Source: an uncultured Eubacteriales bacterium (lineage in GTDB: Bacteria; Bacillota; Clostridia; Oscillospirales; QAMX01). From it: a stretch of DNA of 64,000 nt. The stretch is taken from the NCBI GenBank assembly GCA_905205975.1, contig CAJLFQ010000001.1, positions 598 to 64,597 of the forward strand, in the 5' to 3' direction. This document shows, one piece after another, positions 47,611 to 54,020 of this stretch. Position numbers and translations under genes: made by a program. Below the pieces are notes generated by a model, which saw only the letters and a list, made by a program, of their open reading frames with translations, did not search any database and was not told where the DNA came from. Position 1 is the stretch's first letter. Every line of letters starts with the position of its first letter.

Positions 47611-48399
47611 ATGACACACACCGATCTGAACCATTCGGAAAGCCCGGCATCCGCCGGGCTTTTTGCTGCGCAGAACCGCTTTGACGGCAAAAGCCGCGTC
47701 TATGAATCGGCACGCCCCTCGTATCCGGCGTCATGCCTGGAACGCTTTGCCGTCGCCGGAAAACAGGTCGCCGACATCGGCGCCGGAACAGGCAAACTGA
47801 CTGCACAGCTGCTGGCCATGGGCGCTGATGTCACGGCGGTCGAACCGAATGCGGCAATGCGCCAGACCGCCGACGAAAAGCTCGGCGCATACCCTGGTTA
47901 CCGCTCTGTCGGCGCGGCCGCGGAAGAAACCGGTCTGCCCGGCGGCACGTTTGATCTGGTTACCGCGGCGCAGGCGTTTCACTGGTTCGACTCGGATGCG
48001 TTTCAGCGCGAGTGCCGGCGCATCCTGAAGCCGGACGGCATCGTGCTCCTGCTCTGGAACATGCGCGTTCCGGACGCGCCGGTCAACCGCGCCTGTGAAG
48101 CGGTCTGCCGGTCGTTCTGCCCGCAGTTTGAAGGTTTCACCGCCGGATTCCGGACAGACGACGAACGCATCGGCCACTTTTTCAACGGCCGCTTTGAAAA
48201 GGCGGTCTGCCCGAACGATCTGTGCTATACGCGTGACCTGTTCGTCGCCCGGCAGTGCTCGTCGTCGTATGCGCCGAAACCGCAGGATCCGGCGTATGAA
48301 CCGTTCACCCGCGCGCTGGGCGATTGCTTCGACCGCTTCGCCGCAGACGGTTTCCTCACCGTGCCAAACGTCACCGAATGCTGCTGGGGCAGACCGTAA
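47611..48399 (+). CDS. Class I SAM-dependent methyltransferase
   Basis: Motif I VADIGAGTGKLTAQLLAMGADVTAVEPNAAM. 262 aa. Starts 3 nt after the GH2 stop. Confidence 0.8.
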   Translation: MTHTDLNHSESPASAGLFAAQNRFDGKSRVYESARPSYPASCLERFAVAGKQVADIGAGTGKLTAQLLAMGADVTAVEPNAAMRQTADEKLGAYPGYRSVGAAAEETGLPGGTFDLVTAAQAFHWFDSDAFQRECRRILKPDGIVLLLWNMRVPDAPVNRACEAVCRSFCPQFEGFTAGFRTDDERIGHFFNGRFEKAVCPNDLCYTRDLFVARQCSSSYAPKPQDPAYEPFTRALGDCFDRFAADGFLTVPNVTECCWGRP

Positions 48400-48425
48400 A
48401 AAGTGGAAAAAGTGATTGAAAGGGG

Positions 48426-48454
48426 TAGACAAACGCGAAAGTTTGTGATATACT
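48426..48454 (+). promoter_or_regulatory. Strong-looking sigma-A promoter (TAGACA-17-TGaTATACT) with no intact gene downstream
   Basis: TAGACA 48426-48431, 17-nt spacer, TATACT 48449-48454 preceded by TGa. Confidence 0.55.
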
Positions 48455-48594
48455 ACAATTAGGGTAGTATCTGTACTACCATTTCATAGAAGTCCCATAG
48501 AAGTTATAGCAGAAGTGATAGCGACAGTTTCTGAACCAACCATGTGCTGAGAACACATTTTTGCGCTCTTGGTATCGCAGGGTGTCAGCGTAAA

Positions 48595-48627
48595 AGGGTG
48601 CATTTTGATGTACCCTTTTTGTTTTTT
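48595..48627 (+). terminator. Intrinsic terminator ending a leader of about 170 nt
   Basis: agggtgca (48595-48602) pairs with tgtaccct (48609-48616, one G-U pair), followed by ttttgtttttt. AGGAGG at 48631-48636 lies immediately after. Confidence 0.7.
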
Positions 48628-48629
48628 GA

Positions 48630-48926
48630 AAGGAGGCGGTATCATACATCTCATCGCGGCACGGACAAAATGAGGCAGGCTGGAAACACAACAATTGGTG
48701 CAGCCCTGATTCCATTGATACCAAAGCGACTCTTTACCGGGAAAGTGTGGGCACAGGTGACAACACAGTATTCTTATATGAGATCGCTGCGGATGATAAC
48801 AGCGGAACAGGAAATAACTTTCTGATTGATAAAAGGCTTTCTCCCGGAACCTATTATCTGCGCGTTCGTGCAACAACGCCTTTTGCATATGGTCAATACA
48901 AACTGCACTACCGGACCGAAAATTAG
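48630..48926 (+). pseudogene. Start-less fragment resembling the C-terminal half of a pre-peptidase C-terminal (PPC) type beta-sandwich domain
   Basis: Open frame of 98 codons with no ATG, and no GTG/TTG near its 5' end. It reads ...SIDTKATLYRESVGTGDNTVFLYEIAADDNSGTGNNFLIDKRLSPGTYYLRVRATTPFAYGQYKLHYRTEN, stop at 48924-48926. Low-G+C segment. Confidence 0.45.
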
Positions 48927-48966
48927 ATCACCAAAACATTCAGCAGGCAGAAAGAAGGGATTTCAT

Positions 48967-50115
48967 ATGAAAAAAACGGCATGCATCCGGACTATCATCG
49001 GTTTGCTGGCGGTGCTTTTGCTGCTGAGCGGCTGTTCTGATCAAACAGACCCAATCACCACGACGCCTGCGGCGTCAGCCCCGCCAATCACCGCCCCGCC
49101 ATCGACCAACGTTCCGTCAACAACACCGCCGACCGCTGCCCCGCCATCGACCAATGTTCCGTCAACAACACCGCCGACCGCTGCTCCGCCATCGACCAAC
49201 GTTCCGGACCCGGCACTGATAGGGCATACCTGGAACGCCGCCCTGGCAACGCCCGATGTCTACACGATCGACACCAAACCGAACGCTGAAACGGCGGCAA
49301 AACAGCTGCTGGATCAGATGTTTGCGGCGCTTCAGCAGCCGGACGACAGACGGACGTTCCGCTTCCTGGCGGTGCGCGATGTCGTCATCGAGGTCCACCC
49401 GTCCGAAGACGTCCGGCGATTCCCGGACACGGAGACGGATTTCCACGACTGGGGCGTCGAACGGGACGATCCGCTGATCGGACCGGACACATGGCTCGTC
49501 TACGTCGAGGCGTCGTTCCGGTTTGAAGGTCTTTACGCCTCCATTGGTCGGGCGCAGGACGCATCGACCTGGTATGCGCCGCTCCGGCAGGGCAGCCGCT
49601 GGCCCATGATTATGACGGAAACCGAATCGGGCTATACGCTCAGATCGCTCCACCCGGTAAAGATGTATACCTGGAACGCCGCGCTGGCAACGCCCGATGT
49701 CTACAAGATTAACACCAAACCGGACGCTGAAACGGCGGCAAAACAGCTGCTGGATCAGATGTTTGCGGCGCTTCAGCAGCCGGACGACAGACGGACGTTC
49801 CGCTTCCTGGCGGTGCGCGATGTCATCATCGAGGTGCACCCGTCCGAAGACGTCCGGCGATTCCCGGATACGGAGACGGATTTCCACGACTGGGGCGTTG
49901 AACCGGACGATCCGCTGATCGGACCGGACACATGGCTCGTCTACGTCGAGGCGTCATTCCGGTTTGAAGGCATTTACATGCCCATCGGACAGGCGCAGGA
50001 CGCATCGACCTGGTATGCGCCGCTCCGGCAGGGTGGCCGCTGGCCCATGATTATGACGAAAACTGAATCGGGCTATACGCTCAGATCGCTCCACCCGGCA
50101 AAGATATCGCCGTAA
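48967..50115 (+). CDS. Lipoprotein with Pro/Thr-rich linker and two near-identical 147-aa domains
   Basis: Start trimmed to ATG 48967. MKKTACIRTIIGLLAVLLLLSGC (lipobox). 15-aa PPSTNVPSTTPPTAA repeats. The TWNAALATPDVY...TLRSLHP module then occurs twice. Confidence 0.8.
   Translation: MKKTACIRTIIGLLAVLLLLSGCSDQTDPITTTPAASAPPITAPPSTNVPSTTPPTAAPPSTNVPSTTPPTAAPPSTNVPDPALIGHTWNAALATPDVYTIDTKPNAETAAKQLLDQMFAALQQPDDRRTFRFLAVRDVVIEVHPSEDVRRFPDTETDFHDWGVERDDPLIGPDTWLVYVEASFRFEGLYASIGRAQDASTWYAPLRQGSRWPMIMTETESGYTLRSLHPVKMYTWNAALATPDVYKINTKPDAETAAKQLLDQMFAALQQPDDRRTFRFLAVRDVIIEVHPSEDVRRFPDTETDFHDWGVEPDDPLIGPDTWLVYVEASFRFEGIYMPIGQAQDASTWYAPLRQGGRWPMIMTKTESGYTLRSLHPAKISP
49096..49205 (+). repeat. 45-bp tandem repeat, about 2.4 copies (coding, PT-rich linker)
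   Basis: ccgccatcgaccaaYgttccgtcaacaacaccgccgaccgctgcY starts at 49096, 49141 and 49186. Confidence 0.85.
49228..50109 (+). repeat. 441-bp tandem duplication (2 copies, roughly 94% identical by eye)
   Basis: Copy 1 is 49228-49668 and copy 2 is 49669-50109. Both begin acctggaacgccgc. About 27 substitutions, no indels. The ORF track also shows duplicated shadow ORFs at 49256/49697. Confidence 0.9.
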
Positions 50116-50130
50116 AAAAAGACGAACGCA

Positions 50131-50178
50131 AGAGCCGGCGCACGATTCCATTCGTGCGCCGGCTCTGTTTTCTGTTTG
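50131..50178. terminator. Bidirectional terminator between the lipoprotein gene and htpG
   Basis: agagccggcgcacga (50131-50145) pairs with tcgtgcgccggctct (50152-50166). A-run upstream and gttttctgtttg downstream. Confidence 0.85.
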
Positions 50179-50191
50179 AAGCGCGGAAAAT

Positions 50192-52108
50192 TTACCGCAG
50201 AAGGCCGCAGACCAGCTCCGAATAACCGGCGGGGTCTTTGAGCGGGAACCCGGCGATGAGCAGTGCCTGCGCATACAGAATCTTTGCATACTTGGCAGCC
50301 AGCTCTTTGTCGGTTTCAAACGCGTTTTTCAGCTGGGCGAAGACCGGATGATCGCCGTTCAGCTCCAGAACGCGCTGTGCTTTGACCTTGTTTTCACCCG
50401 GAATCGCGGCGAAATACTTCTCCATCTCCAGCGTGACGCTGCCCTCGCTCGTCAGGCAGACCGGATGCGAAACCAGCTTGTGGGAAATGCGGACGGCAGA
50501 AACGTCGCCGCCCAGCGTCTCTTTGACGAAGTCGAGCAGCGCCTTGTTGTCTTCGTTTTTCTGCTCGGTTTCCTTCTTTTCTTCTTCGGTTTCAAGCTCC
50601 AGATCGTCGCGGCTGACGTTTTTGAATTTCTTTTCGCCGACCTGGCCGAGGATTTCGACGACAAATTCGTCCACCTCGTCGGTCATGTAGAGGACGTTGT
50701 AGTCCTTTGCGCGCAGACGTTCGATCTGCGGCAGGGCGCCGATCTTCGACAGGCTTTCGCCGCAGGCGTAGTAGATGTATTTCTGGTCTTCCGGCATTGC
50801 TTTGACATATTCGTCGAGCGTCAGGAGCTTGTCCGACTTGGCGCTGGCAAACATCAGCAGATCGGAGAGCAGCTCGCGGTGCGCGCCGAAATCCGACACG
50901 ACGCCGTATTTCAGCTGAAGCCCGAAGAGCTTGTAGAACTTCGCATACGTCTCCGGATCGTCTTCCATCATCTTTTTCAGCTCGCGCTTGATGCGTTTTT
51001 CGATGTTCTGCGCAATGACGCGGAGCTGCTTGTCATGCTGCAAGAGCTCGCGGGAGATGTTCAGCGAGAGGTTGTCGGAGTCCACGACGCCTTTGACGAA
51101 GCGGAAGTATTCTGGCAGGAGCTCCGCGCAGCGGTCAATGATCATGACGCCGTTGGAATAGAGCTGAAGCCCTTTTTCAAATTCCTTCGTATAGTAGCCA
51201 TATGGGACGGAGGACGGGATAAAGAGCATTGCCTTGAAGGAAATCAGCCCTTCTGCCTCGATGCGGATGACCTTGAGCGGCGGTTCGTTGTCGTAGTATT
51301 TCTCTTTGTAGAAGGCATAGCAGTCTTCATCGCTGACTTCCGACTTCGGGCGCTGCCAGATCGGCACCATGCTGTTGACGGTTTCCGGCTCGGTATACGT
51401 TTCATACGTCGTCTTTTTCTTGCCGGTTTCGTCTACTTCGTCGGATTCGACCGGGCGCGATTTTTCAACGTCCATCACGATCGGGAAGCGGATATAGTCG
51501 GAATATTTGCGGATGATGCGGCGAAGCTCATAGGTGTCGAGAAATTCGTCGTAATGTTCGTCTTCGGTGTCGGGTTTCAGATAGAGGATGACGTCCGTGC
51601 CGGCTTCGGCGCGTTCCGCCGGAGAAACGGTATAGCCGTCTGCGCCGGTCGATTCCCAGACGTGGGCTTCGTCTTCCCCAAATTTGCGGGAGACGACGCG
51701 GACCTTCTCGGCGACCATGAACGCCGAGTAGAAGCCGACGCCGAACTGACCGATGATATCAACGGTCTTTTCCTCTTTATCTTTTTCGCTCAGGTCATTT
51801 TTAAAGGCGAACGAACCGCTGCGGGCGATGACACCCAGGTTGGATTCCAGCTCTTCTTCGCTCATGCCGATGCCGTTGTCGGAGATCGTCAGCGTGCGGG
51901 CCTCTTTGTCCGGCTTGACCATGATCTTGAAATCCGACCGCGCGGTGTGGACGGTATCATCCGTCAGCGCCCGGTAGGCGAGTTTGTCAATTGCGTCGGA
52001 CGCGTTGGAAATCAGCTCGCGGAGAAAGATTTCCTTGTGCGTATAGACGGAGTTGATCATCATATCGAGAATCCGTTTGGATTCTGTTTTGAATTGCTTT
52101 TTGGCCAT
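50192..52108 (-). CDS. htpG: Molecular chaperone HtpG (Hsp90 family)
   Basis: Start trimmed to ATG 52108. MAKKQFKTESKRILDMMINSVYTHKEIFLRELISNASDAIDKL ... GQFGVGFYSAFMVA. Confidence 0.95.
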   Translation of the reverse strand: MAKKQFKTESKRILDMMINSVYTHKEIFLRELISNASDAIDKLAYRALTDDTVHTARSDFKIMVKPDKEARTLTISDNGIGMSEEELESNLGVIARSGSFAFKNDLSEKDKEEKTVDIIGQFGVGFYSAFMVAEKVRVVSRKFGEDEAHVWESTGADGYTVSPAERAEAGTDVILYLKPDTEDEHYDEFLDTYELRRIIRKYSDYIRFPIVMDVEKSRPVESDEVDETGKKKTTYETYTEPETVNSMVPIWQRPKSEVSDEDCYAFYKEKYYDNEPPLKVIRIEAEGLISFKAMLFIPSSVPYGYYTKEFEKGLQLYSNGVMIIDRCAELLPEYFRFVKGVVDSDNLSLNISRELLQHDKQLRVIAQNIEKRIKRELKKMMEDDPETYAKFYKLFGLQLKYGVVSDFGAHRELLSDLLMFASAKSDKLLTLDEYVKAMPEDQKYIYYACGESLSKIGALPQIERLRAKDYNVLYMTDEVDEFVVEILGQVGEKKFKNVSRDDLELETEEEKKETEQKNEDNKALLDFVKETLGGDVSAVRISHKLVSHPVCLTSEGSVTLEMEKYFAAIPGENKVKAQRVLELNGDHPVFAQLKNAFETDKELAAKYAKILYAQALLIAGFPLKDPAGYSELVCGLLR

Positions 52109-52198
52109 ATGCAAACATCCTTTCAAGCCGGAACCGAAGCAGCCCGGCGCCGGCAAAATCAGATGCCGCACCCAAAATGCGACATCTTACAAATAGTC

Positions 52199-52227
52199 AT
52201 TATAGCGTGAATTTGTGAATTTGTCAA
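52199..52227 (-). promoter_or_regulatory. Consensus sigma-A promoter of htpG (TTGACA-17-TATAAT)
   Basis: Minus strand reads gttgacaaattcacaaattcacgctataatgac. The -35 is at 52222-52227 and the -10 at 52199-52204. Confidence 0.7.
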
Positions 52228-52475
52228 CATCTTTGGCACAGCAGAGCGCACAAAGAACGGCATTTTTCAACGCCTCCTTCTTGCACATCGGCGCGGCATA
52301 TGGTATCATATAGAGGGCGCCGGATCCCTGCGGGCAAAAATCAGACAAACAGCGGCAAATGTCCAGTTTTTTTACACGGCGGGCGATTTGTCCATACAAA
52401 AGCGCCGGCAGATATGGTATCATGATATCGTGCCGCAGCAGGTGCGGCATCTATCCGGAAAAGGGGGGAACCGCC

Positions 52476-53291
52476 TTGAATATTCTAGTAACGCTGGACA
52501 GGGGATACCTGCATCAGCTGGCTGTCATGCTCTCGTCGCTGCTGACAGCAGACCCGGCGGAAACATATGACGTCTATCTCATGAATGCGTCGCTCCGACC
52601 GTCAGACTTTGAAAAACTCACGGCCATGCTCGGCAACCGGTGCAGGCTGACGGACGTCAGAATGGACAGCCGCCTGCTGGCGGAGGCCCCGGTGACGGAT
52701 CGGTACCCGCAGGAAATGTACTACCGCATCTTCGCCGCGCAGTATCTGCCGCAGACGCTGGACCGCATCCTCTATCTGGATCCGGACCTTGTCGTCCGGA
52801 AGCCGCTGCGCGCCCTCTATGAAACCGACATGACCGGTCAATGCTTTGCGGCGGCGTCGCACGTCCGCGGCGCGCTGAAAGCGCTCAACGCGATCCGCCT
52901 GGGTGAACGGCCGGACGAGATGGGGCCGTATATCAATTCCGGCGTCATGCTCATGAATCTTGCCCGCCTGCGGGAAACGCAGGATGAGGCGCAGGTGCTG
53001 GATTACATCCGCCGCCATCAGAAGGCATTGCTGCTCCCCGATCAGGATATCATCAGCGCACTGTATGCCGGGCAGATCCGGCTGATTGACGCGCGCATCT
53101 ACAACATGACCGAACGGCTGCTCGTCTTCGGCAACGCCAACGGGGAAGTGACGCCGCATTGGGTTGCAGAAAACAGCGCCGTGATCCACTACTGCGGCCG
53201 GAACAAACCGTGGAAGCCACATTATACCGGCAAGCTCGGCATCTTCTACGAGCAGGCCGAACAGGCCGCAAATCCGCCGGCATTCGACTGA
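52476..53291 (+). CDS. Glycosyltransferase family 8 (GspA/LPS-galactosyltransferase-like)
   Basis: TTG 52476 lies 5 nt after aaaagggggg; the ORF track begins at ATG 52359, which has no RBS. NILVTLDRGYLHQLAVMLSSL, ILYLDPDLVV, INSGVMLMNL. Confidence 0.8.
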   Translation: MNILVTLDRGYLHQLAVMLSSLLTADPAETYDVYLMNASLRPSDFEKLTAMLGNRCRLTDVRMDSRLLAEAPVTDRYPQEMYYRIFAAQYLPQTLDRILYLDPDLVVRKPLRALYETDMTGQCFAAASHVRGALKALNAIRLGERPDEMGPYINSGVMLMNLARLRETQDEAQVLDYIRRHQKALLLPDQDIISALYAGQIRLIDARIYNMTERLLVFGNANGEVTPHWVAENSAVIHYCGRNKPWKPHYTGKLGIFYEQAEQAANPPAFD

Positions 53292-53318
53292 CCGGCAGCA
53301 TTGAAAGGCAGGACGCAA

Positions 53319-54020
53319 ATGGCCTATATTGAATTTGAAAACGTCTGCAAATACTATCGCATGGGCGGCCAGACAATCGCCGCCACCGACCACATCAGCT
53401 TCACGGTGGAACGCGGCGAGCTCTGCGTCGTCGTCGGCCCATCCGGCGCCGGGAAAACGACGCTTCTGAACATCCTGGGCGGCATGGACAGCTGCGACGA
53501 AGGCGAGATCCGCCTGGATGGGCGCGTCATCAGCGCGCTCAGCGAGCGGGCGCTGACCGATTACCGCCGGTATGACGTCGGCTTTGTCTTCCAGTTTTAT
53601 AACCTTGTCCAGAACCTGACGGCCGTTGAAAATGTCGAGCTGGCGTCGGAAATCAGCCGCGACCCGCTGGACGCGCGGACGGTGCTTCAGGCGGTCGGCC
53701 TTGCGGAACGCGCGGACAACTTCCCGGCACAGCTCTCCGGCGGAGAACAGCAGCGCGTGGCGATTGCCCGCGCACTGGCCAAAAATCCGAAAATCGTCCT
53801 CTGCGACGAGCCGACCGGCGCACTCGACTATCAGACGGGCAAGACGATTCTGAAACTTTTGCAGGATACCTGCCGTCAAACGGGAAAAACCGTCATCATC
53901 ATCACCCACAACAGCGCGCTGACGCAGATGGCGGACCGCGTCGTCCACATCCGGAACGGCGCCGTTCAGCGCGTTGAAATCAACGCGTCGCCGATGCCGG
54001 TTGAACAGATCGAATGGTGA
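53319..54020 (+). CDS. ABC transporter ATP-binding protein (MacB/FtsE-like)
   Basis: [13 protein letters not shown]. Walker [10 protein letters not shown], signature LSGGEQQR, Walker B IVLCDEPT. Confidence 0.9.
   Translation: MAYIEFENVCKYYRMGGQTIAATDHISFTVERGELCVVVGPSGAGKTTLLNILGGMDSCDEGEIRLDGRVISALSERALTDYRRYDVGFVFQFYNLVQNLTAVENVELASEISRDPLDARTVLQAVGLAERADNFPAQLSGGEQQRVAIARALAKNPKIVLCDEPTGALDYQTGKTILKLLQDTCRQTGKTVIIITHNSALTQMADRVVHIRNGAVQRVEINASPMPVEQIEW

Noticed and set aside
48455-48640. c-di-GMP (GEMM-I/II) or other known riboswitch class in the orphan leader
   Set aside because: I could not find the conserved cores, such as ACGCAAAGC/GGCAAACC or the GEMM-II pseudoknot elements, or any other class signature I know. 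It is left as an unclassified leader pending a covariance-model scan.
45820-50109. CRISPR array
   Set aside because: The repeats in this window are short contiguous tandem units (10 nt, 45 bp, 441 bp) without unique spacers. Two of the three lie inside a coding sequence. No cas genes are present.
50348-52210. 620-aa plus-strand ORF opposite htpG
   Set aside because: It is a shadow of the unambiguous Hsp90 gene. Its translation is repetitive and rich in F/V/D/R.
52109-52260. CIRCE (HrcA) or CtsR operator upstream of htpG
   Set aside because: There is no TTAGCACTC-N9-GAGTGCTAA and no tandem GGTCAAA heptads. Only a consensus sigma-A promoter and a GAATTTGT direct repeat lying inside its spacer are visible.
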